This document shows, in pieces, positions 50,443 to 60,229 of a stretch of 64,000 nt of DNA. The stretch is from IMG/VR virus record IMGVR_UViG_3300025141_000030. One strand, given 5' to 3'. The DNA comes from a virus. Both the position numbers and the translations under genes were made by a program. The notes under the pieces are model-generated. The model was not told the origin of the DNA, did no database searches, and saw only the letters and a program-made list of their open reading frames with translations. Position 1 is the stretch's first letter; every line of letters starts with the position of its first letter.

Positions 50443-52302
50443 ATGTCTAATAAGGTAATTGGAATTGATTTGGGCACCACAAACTCTTGTGTTGCTGTTA
50501 TGGAGTCCGCAGGACCCGTAGTTATTACGAACGAAGAGGGGTCGAGAACGACTCCTTCTGTCATTGCATATACGAAGGGCGGAGAGCGCCTCGTCGGCCA
50601 GCCTGCCCGTAGGCAGGCTGTTACTAACCCGAGCAATACAATTTCCTCAGTCAAGAGATTTATGGGGCAGAAGTTTAAGGATGCCAAGTCGGAAGCGACA
50701 ACAGTCCCCTATGATATTGCATCTGGTAAGGGTGGAGCGTGTGTAATTAAGGTAAACAACAAAAAGCTTACCCCTCCTGAGATAAGCGCGCAGGTTATAG
50801 TCAAGCTGAAAAGAGCAGCTGAGGAGTACCTAGGCAGCGAGATAACGCAGGCCGTGGTCACAGTTCCTGCTTACTTCAACGATGCCCAGCGCCAGGCCAC
50901 CAAGGACGCCGGCAAGATCGCTGGCCTGGAAATTAAGCGCATCATCAACGAGCCGACTGCCGCTGCGCTGGCGTATGGCATGGACAAGGGATCTGACCAG
51001 ACAGTCGTGGTGTATGATCTTGGAGGCGGTACTTTTGATGTCTCCGTCTTGGAAATCGGCGACGGTGTGGTGGAGGTGCTCGCTACTAATGGGGACACTC
51101 ACTTGGGCGGCGATGATTTTGATAACACGATTATTGAGTGGATTTTAAGCGAGTTTAAGAAGGACACAGGGATTGACGTGTCCGGCGATAAGATGGTGCT
51201 GCAGCGAGTTAAGGAAGCTGCAGAGAAGGCGAAGATCGAGCTTTCTAGCACGCAGCAGACTGATATTAACCTGCCCTTTCTTACGGCAGACGCCACAGGT
51301 CCCAAGCACCTGCAGCTTACTTTGACCCGATCTAAGTTTGATCAACTGACTTCAAAGATAGTAAAGAGGACAATGACACCTGTCAAGAGTGCGCTGAAGG
51401 ACTCTAAGTTAACCGTTGACTCTATCGATGAGGTAATTTTGGTGGGGGGTTCTACTAGGATTCCGGCTATCCGCAATGCTGTCGAGAAATACTTCGACAA
51501 GGAGGCGAATAGGTCAGTTAATCCCGATGAGGTGGTGGCGCTTGGCGCCGCCGTCCAGGGTGGCGTTTTTACAGGGGAGGTCAAGGACGTCCTCCTGCTG
51601 GATGTCACCCCTCTCTCACTTGGTATCGAGACGCTAGGTGGGGTCATGACAAAACTGATCGATCGCAACACGACGATACCGTGTGAAAAGAGCGAGACAT
51701 TTAGCACAGCTGCAGACAACCAGTCTGCAGTTGAGATTCATGTTCTCCAGGGAGAGAGGCAGTTTTCCAATGACAACAAGACCCTTGGCAGATTTAATCT
51801 AACGGGGCTTCCCCCTGCTCCTCGAGGCATACCACAGATTGAGGTGACTTTTGGGATTGACGCTGATGGTATTGTAAATGTCTCGGCTAAGGACAAGGCG
51901 ACTGGCACTGAACAGTCGATTAGGATCGAGGGCACCGGCTCGCTAAGTGACAGCGATATAGATCAGCTTGTGAAGGATGCGGAGCTCCATGCAGATGAGG
52001 ACCAGCAGAGGCGTGAAAGGATTGAGGAGCGTAATAAGTTGGACTCTTTAATTCATGGCTTCGCCGCGGTGGTGACTGACCAGGGTGACAAGGTTGATCC
52101 GGAAGCCCTGGAGGCCGCCAACGCAGCCCTTACTGCAGCTAGGGAAGTGCTAGAATCTGATGGAGATTTTGCCGCTGCTAACGCCGACCTCCAGGCTGCA
52201 TCGTCTGCTTTCGCATCATTGCTTTATCAGGCGCAGCCTGAGCCTGAGCAGGAGGATGTGATTGATGCAGACTTCGAGGAGGAAGCACCTAAAAATGATT
52301 AG
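50443..52302 (+). CDS. dnaK: Hsp70 chaperone DnaK
   Basis: [53 protein letters not shown]. Confidence 0.97.
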   Translation: MSNKVIGIDLGTTNSCVAVMESAGPVVITNEEGSRTTPSVIAYTKGGERLVGQPARRQAVTNPSNTISSVKRFMGQKFKDAKSEATTVPYDIASGKGGACVIKVNNKKLTPPEISAQVIVKLKRAAEEYLGSEITQAVVTVPAYFNDAQRQATKDAGKIAGLEIKRIINEPTAAALAYGMDKGSDQTVVVYDLGGGTFDVSVLEIGDGVVEVLATNGDTHLGGDDFDNTIIEWILSEFKKDTGIDVSGDKMVLQRVKEAAEKAKIELSSTQQTDINLPFLTADATGPKHLQLTLTRSKFDQLTSKIVKRTMTPVKSALKDSKLTVDSIDEVILVGGSTRIPAIRNAVEKYFDKEANRSVNPDEVVALGAAVQGGVFTGEVKDVLLLDVTPLSLGIETLGGVMTKLIDRNTTIPCEKSETFSTAADNQSAVEIHVLQGERQFSNDNKTLGRFNLTGLPPAPRGIPQIEVTFGIDADGIVNVSAKDKATGTEQSIRIEGTGSLSDSDIDQLVKDAELHADEDQQRRERIEERNKLDSLIHGFAAVVTDQGDKVDPEALEAANAALTAAREVLESDGDFAAANADLQAASSAFASLLYQAQPEPEQEDVIDADFEEEAPKND

Positions 52303-52525
52303 GGTGTTTTTGACTGTTTTTACGTGTGTGTTTTTAACGAGCTGCGCACATTGGTCATATCCAGTGAGGGGTGAGTGCCCCACGGAGCATCCGATAAAGG
52401 GTAATGTAGATTCGATGTATTATCATTCGCCTGCGGATACGTATTATTATAGGACATGGGCTGAGTTTTGCTTTGAGAGTTCAAGCATAGCACGAAATCA
52501 CGGTTATAAGAGAACTCCACGATAA
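52295..52525 (+). CDS. small lipoprotein with IKGN...YH...CF...GY domain
   Basis: LTSC lipobox; IKGNxxSxxYHxP...EFCFxSxxxAxxxGY. Confidence 0.6.
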   Translation: MIRVFLTVFTCVFLTSCAHWSYPVRGECPTEHPIKGNVDSMYYHSPADTYYYRTWAEFCFESSSIARNHGYKRTPR

Positions 52526-52553
52526 ATAAGCGCAGCTGGGAGGTGCCGGGTAA

Positions 52554-53255
52554 ATGAAAAGGATCATTATATCCGACACTCATCTTGGGAGCAGCTTCTA
52601 TCAGTCCACCGATTTACTTGAATTTCTTTCAACACAGGAAATGGACCAGCTTATATTGGCGGGGGATATCATTGATTTTATTAAGGTGCCCGTTCTTACG
52701 CACAACTGCGCGAAAATTTTAGAGGCTATAAGTCAAAAAGCTGACGTAATTTACATCATTGGAAACCATGATGAGTCGCTGGCAAACTGGATTGGCAAGG
52801 ATATCTTTGGGGTCAGTTTCGTCAGGGCTGTTGAGTTTATTGACGGAGGTAGGAGTTTTCGGGTCGAGCACGGTGATAGGTTTAATACCGGACCCTTACA
52901 TGCCGCAGCCTTTATAAAGGTAGTCTCTGTAATTCAAGATATTTTGGAGAGGTGGTTTAATATTGACCTGACATCGTGGTGGGTCCGACGCCAGCTTAGA
53001 AAACATAAGCTTCGAAGTGTGAGCGCAATTCTTAATGTGAACAATGACGTCGATGTGTTTATAATGGGACATACACATATTCCCGAAGCTGTTATCTGGG
53101 TTCACCCTGATCAGTCTATTAAGACATACGTGAATTCTGGGGACTGGGTAACGCATCGGACATATGTTGAGATCGATGATGGAAAGGTTAGGCTTAGGGA
53201 ATTTAACCCTCAAAAGGCCCTAGTAAATGAGAATAATTCCCAGCCAGGCGATTGA
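52554..53255 (+). CDS. metallophosphoesterase, LpxH (UDP-2,3-diacylglucosamine hydrolase)-like
   Basis: SDTHLG, GDIID, GNHD, HGD, GHTH, NSGDW. Confidence 0.8.
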   Translation: MKRIIISDTHLGSSFYQSTDLLEFLSTQEMDQLILAGDIIDFIKVPVLTHNCAKILEAISQKADVIYIIGNHDESLANWIGKDIFGVSFVRAVEFIDGGRSFRVEHGDRFNTGPLHAAAFIKVVSVIQDILERWFNIDLTSWWVRRQLRKHKLRSVSAILNVNNDVDVFIMGHTHIPEAVIWVHPDQSIKTYVNSGDWVTHRTYVEIDDGKVRLREFNPQKALVNENNSQPGD

Positions 53256-53454
53256 ACTCGAATACCACGCAGTTAAGTACACTTTTCGTATTGTGTCAGT
53301 TGTTAGTGTCGATGACGGCTTTGATGTGGTCGTAGGCATCGACAACGACTTTAAGAATGTGTTTAAGGGGACTGAGGGGCTTGCCCGTTGGAGCCATCGT
53401 AGATTTGAAAAGTTTATAGTTGGTTCGTTGGAGAAGTTTTTAGATGACGATTAA
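53227..53454 (+). CDS. hypothetical protein
   Basis: ORF in operon. Confidence 0.45.
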   Translation: MRIIPSQAIELEYHAVKYTFRIVSVVSVDDGFDVVVGIDNDFKNVFKGTEGLARWSHRRFEKFIVGSLEKFLDDD

Positions 53455-53471
53455 GATTGTGAAGGTTTAAC

Positions 53472-54002
53472 ATGTTTAGGCGGCATAGGCGAGACTACCC
53501 CCAGTACTTTTTATCTGCCAAGGTGGAGGTGAGGCCATCCGAGGTGCATGGAGTCGGGGTATTTGCCAAGGCAAAGATCGAGGCACATGAGCTGATAGAG
53601 GGCGCCCCTGTTATATTGTTTCATACTGACACCAAGGACGTGCTTCGGGAAGCCTACAGCAGCGATCACGTTTTAATGGATTATCCCTTCACGTGGTCAT
53701 CGTCACAGCTGGCTTTCTCTTTGGGCTACGGCGGCATCTATAATCACTCTACGTATAATCCCAATGCAACCTGGCAGGTTAATGAGAAGCTAACTACACT
53801 GGATTTTTATAGTCGACATGTCATTGAGCCTGACACAGAAATTGTTACGCGATATATTTCTCTTCGTCGATGTGAAGATGGAGACTTGTGGTTCGAGGAT
53901 CCTGCTGTTGAGCCTAAGCTGGGCAACCTTTATTCTGAGCCAGAGGCGATAAGCAAGGCTAACTTTTTTGATTTTATAACTAAGGGACCAACAAAGAAAT
54001 GA
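53472..54002 (+). CDS. SET domain protein
   Basis: SEVHGVGVFA, GYGGIYNHS..PNA, IEPDTEIVTRY. Confidence 0.8.
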   Translation: MFRRHRRDYPQYFLSAKVEVRPSEVHGVGVFAKAKIEAHELIEGAPVILFHTDTKDVLREAYSSDHVLMDYPFTWSSSQLAFSLGYGGIYNHSTYNPNATWQVNEKLTTLDFYSRHVIEPDTEIVTRYISLRRCEDGDLWFEDPAVEPKLGNLYSEPEAISKANFFDFITKGPTKK

Positions 54003-54289
54003 CAGAGAAGGTAGCAAAGGACCTCGCACTTGCGGAGTTACATAAGTATGCATCAGGGGTAGTGGGGAATCCTTTTGGAACTAGATTTTATGCGGATGGC
54101 ATGGGACTCCATCTCCAGCTTGTCGTGGAACGCATTGATGACGATGTTGATGATTTAGATCTCTGGACACTTTTTACTGAGATGAAATGGATGGGATGGC
54201 GTTTTGTGATACTGCGTTGCCCACCAGGAACTGCCGAAGATATCTGCAGGGACTTAAGCAAAAGAAAGGCAGGCGATGATGACCACTAG
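53999..54289 (+). CDS. hypothetical protein
   Basis: ORF coupled by ATGA overlap. Confidence 0.5.
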   Translation: MTEKVAKDLALAELHKYASGVVGNPFGTRFYADGMGLHLQLVVERIDDDVDDLDLWTLFTEMKWMGWRFVILRCPPGTAEDICRDLSKRKAGDDDH

Positions 54290-54986
54290 CAAGCGAGTCC
54301 AGGATATTTTAGCTGATAACCCTTGGCGTGCCCACCGACACAATCCATTTATTTTGGATGCCGATGTGGATCGCATAGTGCGATATAATGAGACAGTCAC
54401 TGAGCAGTTTCAGCTGCGTGTAGACGTTCCTCCCGAGCCTATCCATGGCAATCCCCTTCATGCTAATGTCGTCGTGCTGATGTTGAATCCTGGATTTCAT
54501 GACGATGACGTTGTGTATGCTGCCGATCCGGAATACTGTGAGCAGCTGGCATGCGAGATGTCTATGGTCCAGGGTCCTGGTGACTATCCCTTTGTTCCTC
54601 TGGATCCGCGATGGCGACAGACACCCACTGGATCTTGGTGGAGGAAGGTCCTGTCGCGACTGATCGCACATGCCGGCGAGCAGCAGGTCGCCGAACGTTT
54701 TGCGGTGCTGGAGTGGTACCCATATCACTCACGTAGCTTTCGCTATAAGTCACACCTATTACGCCTCAGCGAAGCGACGGCCTTTAACCAGAGTGTGGCT
54801 GCCGCCTGCGTGAACGATCCTGATAAGACAGTCATCTGCATGAGGGGCCACGACCTGTGGACCATGGGGTGTAAGTTTGACGCCTACGAACTGCCCCGGC
54901 CGGTAAATCCGCGGTGTGCATCCCTGACTCCTGGGAATTTGGGTGATGAGCTTTTTGAAGACATCCTTGGTAAGATGACACTGTAG
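54276..54986 (+). CDS. uracil-DNA-glycosylase-superfamily-like protein
   Basis: PEPIHGNP..ANVVVLMLNPG and LEWYPYHS motifs. Confidence 0.5.
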   Translation: MMTTSKRVQDILADNPWRAHRHNPFILDADVDRIVRYNETVTEQFQLRVDVPPEPIHGNPLHANVVVLMLNPGFHDDDVVYAADPEYCEQLACEMSMVQGPGDYPFVPLDPRWRQTPTGSWWRKVLSRLIAHAGEQQVAERFAVLEWYPYHSRSFRYKSHLLRLSEATAFNQSVAAACVNDPDKTVICMRGHDLWTMGCKFDAYELPRPVNPRCASLTPGNLGDELFEDILGKMTL

Positions 54987-55031
54987 TTAAATTTTTAACT
55001 TTCCCCTACATATTATTATGGGGGAACAACA

Positions 55032-55625
55032 GTGCGTTACTTTCTTGTCCTAATCTTAGCTTTGTTTGTAGGCTGTTCACCAGTCAATGCGACTGACCCG
55101 GAACCTGTCGAGCCTGAACCCGCACCCGAGCCTGAACCTGATCCGATGCCCTGGGTGACCTGGGAGGAGTGCGGTGGCTCAGAGGGTGACCATGCCTGTA
55201 ATGTGGTGCTCCAGGACCAGAACGGCGACGAGTTTAACCTGTACGAGCAGTTCGGCTCCATCATTGTCCTGGACTTCTCGACGATGTGGTGCGGCCCCTG
55301 TAACCAGGCGGGCATGCATTCCCAGGACGTCCAGGACCAGTATCGGGACCAGGGAGTCGTTTACGTCACGGTGCTGATAGAGAATGGGCAGGGCATCCCT
55401 CCCACACTCGCCGATATTCAGGACTGGGTCGACGCCTTCGACGTCACCGATTCTCCAGTCCTTGTCGGCGATCGGACACTGCTTCAGAGTGGTGGCGGCC
55501 CGTGGCCCCTGCAGTCCTGGCCGACGTTCTATTATATAGACAGGGAGATGGTGATTCGGGACATAGACCGCGGCTATAACGGCCAGGAGGTTATCTACTC
55601 CATCGAGTGGATGCTGTCACTGTAG
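55032..55625 (+). CDS. TlpA/redoxin-like thioredoxin-fold lipoprotein
   Basis: FVGC lipobox, PE linker, DFSTMWCGPC, WPTFYYID. Confidence 0.82.
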   Translation: MRYFLVLILALFVGCSPVNATDPEPVEPEPAPEPEPDPMPWVTWEECGGSEGDHACNVVLQDQNGDEFNLYEQFGSIIVLDFSTMWCGPCNQAGMHSQDVQDQYRDQGVVYVTVLIENGQGIPPTLADIQDWVDAFDVTDSPVLVGDRTLLQSGGGPWPLQSWPTFYYIDREMVIRDIDRGYNGQEVIYSIEWMLSL

Positions 55626-55680
55626 TGTGATTCTCTATATATTAGTTGCGTGCGCGTTGTATAATTGGCTACACCCTCAA

Positions 55681-55686
55681 TAATTA
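55681..55686 (+). promoter_or_regulatory. TANTTA putative late-promoter motif
   Basis: TAATTA heading the 55713-59974 cluster of leader-bearing genes. Confidence 0.45.
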
Positions 55687-55712
55687 TAGTTTGAACACTA
55701 GGAGTGCATTCA

Positions 55713-56150
55713 ATGAAAATAACAGCAAAGTACCTAAGGTCGATCATCCGCGAGGAAGTTGTTCACCTTATAAGCGAGGATCGACAATTTAGTGACGCGC
55801 AGAAAAAGGCTCGCGAACTGGCGATGAATCTGCGACGTGTTGAGGATCTACTTGCACTCGGGCAAGGCAAACAGGACCTTCAAGTTCTTCGTAGTGATAT
55901 GGACCAGTGGAGCGCGAAGCTCGCTTTAAGTGGTGCTGACCAGGCTCTATTTAGTCCGGCTCTGGAGAATGGTAATGCGGATACAATTTCTGCTGTTTTA
56001 GAGCCATTACATGATGCCCTTCGCCTGGCCAGCGGCGAGCGTGTCGATCATCCACATGCCCCCGAGTCGGTGCGAGCCGCAGTTCCACCTGGCCAAGAAC
56101 GCCCTGAGTATGTGCCAGGACCGAGCCAAGGGTTCATTGGTGGTAGGTAG
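55713..56150 (+). CDS. hypothetical protein with conserved leader
   Basis: AGGAG RBS; MKITAKYLRSIIREE. Confidence 0.65.
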   Translation: MKITAKYLRSIIREEVVHLISEDRQFSDAQKKARELAMNLRRVEDLLALGQGKQDLQVLRSDMDQWSAKLALSGADQALFSPALENGNADTISAVLEPLHDALRLASGERVDHPHAPESVRAAVPPGQERPEYVPGPSQGFIGGR

Positions 56151-56156
56151 AACATT

Positions 56157-56729
56157 ATGAAACTGACACCCAAACACTTACGACAGATGATTCGAGAGGA
56201 GCTATCGACAGTCCTGGTCGAGGCCTCCGTTCCCCACTCACCACTGCCGGAGGACCTCCGGTACTCGGGATGGTCCCCTGGGGAGACCACTGATTATTGG
56301 CAGCGCCTTTACAATGTGCAGGATGGTGTTTTCACCAGCAAGGAGGGCGATCGGATTCCCAGTCACCAACCACCATCGCCGGTGGTCAAGTTTGTAGTCA
56401 CAGATACAAGTGAGGACTTCGGTGCAGGTAAGACGTGGAACCTGGTGGTGTCGGGTGGCCACCGCCGGACTGAAGCGCGCCCAGCCGAGGGGGATCGCCC
56501 CGAGAAAAAGAGTGTCGAGTTGATGCCCTTGGTTGGAAACATAACGAATGCGATGGGTACTGACCCCCGAGCCCCAGACTCCTACCAGGGATACCTAGTT
56601 CGCAGGGGGATTCCTGCGAACGAACTGGCCAATGCAGTCAAGGACATGCAGGCGCTGCTAAGCCAGCATCGCAAACCCAGGTGGCTTACAGATATCCGTC
56701 CTGATGTGGATACGAGTGGTATCGAGTAA
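56157..56729 (+). CDS. hypothetical protein with conserved leader
   Basis: MKLTPKHLRQMIREE. Confidence 0.65.
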   Translation: MKLTPKHLRQMIREELSTVLVEASVPHSPLPEDLRYSGWSPGETTDYWQRLYNVQDGVFTSKEGDRIPSHQPPSPVVKFVVTDTSEDFGAGKTWNLVVSGGHRRTEARPAEGDRPEKKSVELMPLVGNITNAMGTDPRAPDSYQGYLVRRGIPANELANAVKDMQALLSQHRKPRWLTDIRPDVDTSGIE

Positions 56730-56995
56730 TGACACTGTCCTCAGACCAGGCTTGGAAGGTCTTCACCACACTGCTGGCGGTGCTGGTGGTGCCCCTGGCC
56801 GGCTGGGTCTGGAGCATGAACGTCGAGGTGGCCCAGCTCCGCAATGACCTGGGTGACCTGGAGGGGATCGTGGCAGACATCGACCGCCAGGTCGAGGAGC
56901 AGGAGGAGGCTTCCCGGACGTTGATCGGGGTCGAGAAGGACGTTGAGCACATTAGGGAGATCCTTGACAGGATCGAGATACTGGTGACCCGATGA
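56729..56995 (+). CDS. membrane-anchored coiled-coil protein
   Basis: N-terminal TM followed by heptads; TAATG coupling. Confidence 0.55.
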   Translation: MTLSSDQAWKVFTTLLAVLVVPLAGWVWSMNVEVAQLRNDLGDLEGIVADIDRQVEEQEEASRTLIGVEKDVEHIREILDRIEILVTR

Positions 56996-57225
56996 AGATG
57001 CTGACCATCGGGCTGGCTGTCGCCTACCTGGGACTGCTGGGGATGTCGTCGACCGCGCTGACGGACCTGTCGGATATCCAACGTGACGCCCTGGCACTGG
57101 AGCTCTACCTCCAGGACCGACATGACCACACGGAACACTGTCCGGAGCTGGCGTGGGAACAGCCGAAGCTGGGCACCTACAAGGAGGAGCTGCGGTCGCA
57201 GCTACCGGAGGAGTGTAAGGCATGA
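56992..57225 (+). CDS. small exported/membrane protein
   Basis: Hydrophobic N-terminus; ATGA overlaps. Confidence 0.5.
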   Translation: MKMLTIGLAVAYLGLLGMSSTALTDLSDIQRDALALELYLQDRHDHTEHCPELAWEQPKLGTYKEELRSQLPEECKA

Positions 57226-57419
57226 AAGTTGACTTTCCATACGGCCCGGGAGATATCATCCTGACAGGTCGGTTCAAGAACAAGCGGACAGTCGTCCGAG
57301 AGATCGGGGAGGACGAGTACGGCCACCCGACTGTCAACGGCAAGCCTGCATTGAACTTTAAGATAGAGAAACTGCTACCCAAGGACATGTGGAGCAGGAA
57401 GTCAAGGGAAACGAAATGA
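57222..57419 (+). CDS. small hypothetical protein (GRFKNK...PTVNGK domain)
   Basis: GGAGGAG RBS; GDIILTGRFKNK...DEYGHPTVNGK. Confidence 0.6.
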   Translation: MKVDFPYGPGDIILTGRFKNKRTVVREIGEDEYGHPTVNGKPALNFKIEKLLPKDMWSRKSRETK

Positions 57420-57781
57420 GGCTTACAAAGGGAAAACTTAGAAGGATCATTCGAGAAACCATGCAACCTCTCATGGATCCCCTCTTTAACATGAGAGAGA
57501 TGTGCAAGGAATTCACTCTTCTTGAGGATCACCTGAACCAGCCGGATATGCAGTGCCACGATTGTATTAACAAGCATCTGATGAAGTGCGAGGCTCTGGC
57601 TGAAGAGGCGTTATCACTTGATAACCAAAACCAATATCCGTTCATTAAGGCAATCCCTAATATGATTCGAGGGTGGCATAAACATGTTCTTGATGGTGGG
57701 CCTCTTAAAGACCTCGCGTCAGCAATTCGTTCAGTCCGGAAAGAGTTAACACCACTCGTAGCGGGGAGATTTGAAACATGA
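57416..57781 (+). CDS. leader-bearing protein with CxDCxxKH motif
   Basis: MRLTKGKLRRIIRE; DPLFNMRE..K...LLEDHL...CHDCINKH...EALAEEA. Confidence 0.65.
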   Translation: MRLTKGKLRRIIRETMQPLMDPLFNMREMCKEFTLLEDHLNQPDMQCHDCINKHLMKCEALAEEALSLDNQNQYPFIKAIPNMIRGWHKHVLDGGPLKDLASAIRSVRKELTPLVAGRFET

Positions 57782-58071
57782 GACTGGCACCAGGACAGCT
57801 TAGGCAGATCATCCGTGAGGAGATCCATACCATCACCGAGCAGGGATGGCGGGGCGGATTGGCATTGCGACAGGAGCCAACCACATCCTTTAAGTTGCCC
57901 AAGGCTAACGATCCAGCGATGGACATTGCGGGCCAGGTTAATGAGCTGATAGGCGCTGGATACTCTCCAGCTGATGCCATTAATGCGGTTGCATCGACCC
58001 CCGGCTGGTCGGTTACTTCGGTTAGCACGGCCTGGGAAACATACAAAGATACACAGGAAGATACAGGATGA
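57778..58071 (+). CDS. hypothetical protein with conserved leader
   Basis: MRLAPGQLRQIIREE. Confidence 0.65.
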   Translation: MRLAPGQLRQIIREEIHTITEQGWRGGLALRQEPTTSFKLPKANDPAMDIAGQVNELIGAGYSPADAINAVASTPGWSVTSVSTAWETYKDTQEDTG

Positions 58072-58673
58072 AAATATCAACAGCAAAACTTAAACAGCTT
58101 ATCCGGGAGGAACTGGAGAGTGTCGTCGCGGAGTCCCAGAGCCCCGGCGCTGATGAGGGATCGGCTGAACCTAAGGACAGCAGCTACGATCAGTGGGAAA
58201 AAAAGAAGATAGAGACGATTACATCCCACGCCCCGGTGGGACATGTGACACCTGCTCAGATAGAGCAGGCCTCCCTGGATGGGATCGCCGCTCTGGCGAC
58301 CCGCAAACGGGGGAATACCCTGTTATCTGACTTCCTTCAACAGAATCCCAACGCCCAGATACCTATCATTCGACCCTACTCCCTGGACACTGTCGGTACC
58401 GCCATGGCTATCGAGATTCATGGGCTTAAAATACCCTCTCCGGAGGGATTTCGTAGTTATGCCCTGATGGCCAGCAGGTTCGATCCCACTATCGATTTCA
58501 CCCTACTTTCATTTACCCCTGGTATTAATGGCTACAGTGGTTCCGGTGTGGTCAACCTGTCCGCCGAAAGTGATGTGGAGGAGGATATCGAGGTGGAGGT
58601 GCAGGAAGACCTGGCTGGCGCTGAGGAGTATGAACAGTTTAAGCGTGCCCACAGCGTTGAAGCGCTAGGCTAG
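58068..58673 (+). CDS. hypothetical protein with conserved leader
   Basis: MKISTAKLKQLIREE. Confidence 0.65.
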   Translation: MKISTAKLKQLIREELESVVAESQSPGADEGSAEPKDSSYDQWEKKKIETITSHAPVGHVTPAQIEQASLDGIAALATRKRGNTLLSDFLQQNPNAQIPIIRPYSLDTVGTAMAIEIHGLKIPSPEGFRSYALMASRFDPTIDFTLLSFTPGINGYSGSGVVNLSAESDVEEDIEVEVQEDLAGAEEYEQFKRAHSVEALG

Positions 58674-58684
58674 GAGATCTAGAC

Positions 58685-58987
58685 ATGAAAATATCAGCAG
58701 AGACACTTAAGCGGCTTATCAAGGAGGAGCTCTTCTACCGGGAGTTCCACCGCGAAGGTGATGAACTAAATGAGACTAGCATTCCTCCGGGCGCTAGTTC
58801 ACATGACAAATTACTTAATGCTCTATACAACGTGCTGTATGAATACTGGACTGATGATGCAATACCAGGCCGGTCTTCATTTAAACAGTTAGGCATGGGG
58901 CATCAGAATGAGCTGGTGAATGACGTTCTCTACTCGTTGCCGGCCATTTATAACAAGTATGCTGTCGACGACGACGACGAGGAGTAG
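58685..58987 (+). CDS. hypothetical protein with conserved leader
   Basis: AGGAG RBS; MKISAETLKRLIKEE. Confidence 0.65.
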   Translation: MKISAETLKRLIKEELFYREFHREGDELNETSIPPGASSHDKLLNALYNVLYEYWTDDAIPGRSSFKQLGMGHQNELVNDVLYSLPAIYNKYAVDDDDEE

Positions 58988-58993
58988 CACAAT

Positions 58994-59974
58994 ATGCGTC
59001 TTGGCAGGCACCAGCTTCAGGATCTCATAAGGGACGTCCTCCTGGAGGAGTGCCTGTTGCGAGAGTCATCCGCCCAGGACCAGACCAAGGCTGCCTATAA
59101 GGCCATCTTCATGGCCGGCTGTCCGGCCGCTGGAAAGGGTACTGTCAAGGATGTCATTATCCAGGCCTTTCCTTTCGCATCGAGTATCTTTAAGGATGTC
59201 AACGTGGACACTATGTACGAGTTCCTGCTTAAGAAGCATAAGGTAGGCCTTCAGGATCCGGCGACGTCCCGTGCTACTACACCATATCCTGAAGGGCATC
59301 CGCTTGCAGATATAATTGACGTGGTCCCAGCGGAGGAGACTGAGGCCTTTAGAGCCGAACGCTCTAGTTATCGCTCCGCAGCTGCCAAGCACATGGGGAG
59401 GGCGAAAGCAGCTGTGACTGGCGGTGCCCACGGGATGAATCCCGAGCACCTCGGTCTGGATCCTTCCGAGTATTCCGGTCCGAAAAAGCGCAAGGAGTCG
59501 GCTACGAGCAGGTTGGAGGACTTTGTTAATAACGGCCTAGGCGTGATCATCGATGGTACTGCAGCTAATTTTGACAGGGTGGTTCGTGAGAAACAGCTGC
59601 TCGAGGACATGGGATATAGGACCATGATGATAGTGGTCAAGGTTCCGCCTGAGGAGGCTGTCGGACGTAACATCGGCCGGGGTGAGAAGGACCGCAGGAG
59701 CATTGGTCATGACGTGCTATACAGGCAGTGTCTTCAGCTGGTCGGCGGCGTCGATCCAAATGATCCGGAAGGCGAGCCCATCGTCGGCGTCCTTAATAAG
59801 TACCGGCCGGTTTTTGGGGAGGACAATTTTATTGAGATTGACAACACTCTTCCTACCTCCGAGACTGTGACTCCGGAGGTGAAGAGCAAGGTCTCGAAGT
59901 TCCTTTCGCAGCCGCTGTCTTCGATTGCCCAGGAGCGTGAGGACCTAAAGCTCAAGGCCAAGCAGCGTTCCTGA
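58994..59974 (+). CDS. P-loop kinase (zeta-toxin/AAA_33-like) with conserved leader
   Basis: AIFMAGCPAAGKG Walker A, IIDGT, GYxTMMIxV, RN..R; MRLGRHQLQDLIRDVLLEE. Confidence 0.75.
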   Translation: MRLGRHQLQDLIRDVLLEECLLRESSAQDQTKAAYKAIFMAGCPAAGKGTVKDVIIQAFPFASSIFKDVNVDTMYEFLLKKHKVGLQDPATSRATTPYPEGHPLADIIDVVPAEETEAFRAERSSYRSAAAKHMGRAKAAVTGGAHGMNPEHLGLDPSEYSGPKKRKESATSRLEDFVNNGLGVIIDGTAANFDRVVREKQLLEDMGYRTMMIVVKVPPEEAVGRNIGRGEKDRRSIGHDVLYRQCLQLVGGVDPNDPEGEPIVGVLNKYRPVFGEDNFIEIDNTLPTSETVTPEVKSKVSKFLSQPLSSIAQEREDLKLKAKQRS

Positions 59975-60016
59975 TTTTCTGCTAATACTTTTGACTGGCT
60001 CCTCTGTATAGTCTAA

Positions 60017-60229
60017 TTGCTAGGAGTTTCTAAAGTGTTCGATGTGGCTGCCGAGACCGCCCTGTGGTTGACCGTCCTACTGCTGCCCCTCAAGATGTGG
60101 GCAGCCTGGGAGGCTGCCAAACGGGATCAGCTCGGCTGGTTCGTCTGCTTCTTCCTGGTCAGTCTCTTTGGTATTCCGGAGGCTGTCTATCTAATCTGGT
60201 TTCGAAAGGATCGACGCTGCAGGTGGTGA
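60017..60229 (+). CDS. DUF5652-like membrane protein
   Basis: LKxWAAWxAAKRxQxGWF...FGIPExxYL. Confidence 0.6.
   Translation: MLGVSKVFDVAAETALWLTVLLLPLKMWAAWEAAKRDQLGWFVCFFLVSLFGIPEAVYLIWFRKDRRCRW

Noticed and set aside
41288-52302. Bacterial chromosome segment or host contamination
   Set aside because: The cellular-type genes are translationally coupled to an endolysin, share promoter motifs with the rest of the window, and lack their usual bacterial neighbours (aceK/iclR, grpE/dnaJ). Chimerism cannot be fully excluded without reads
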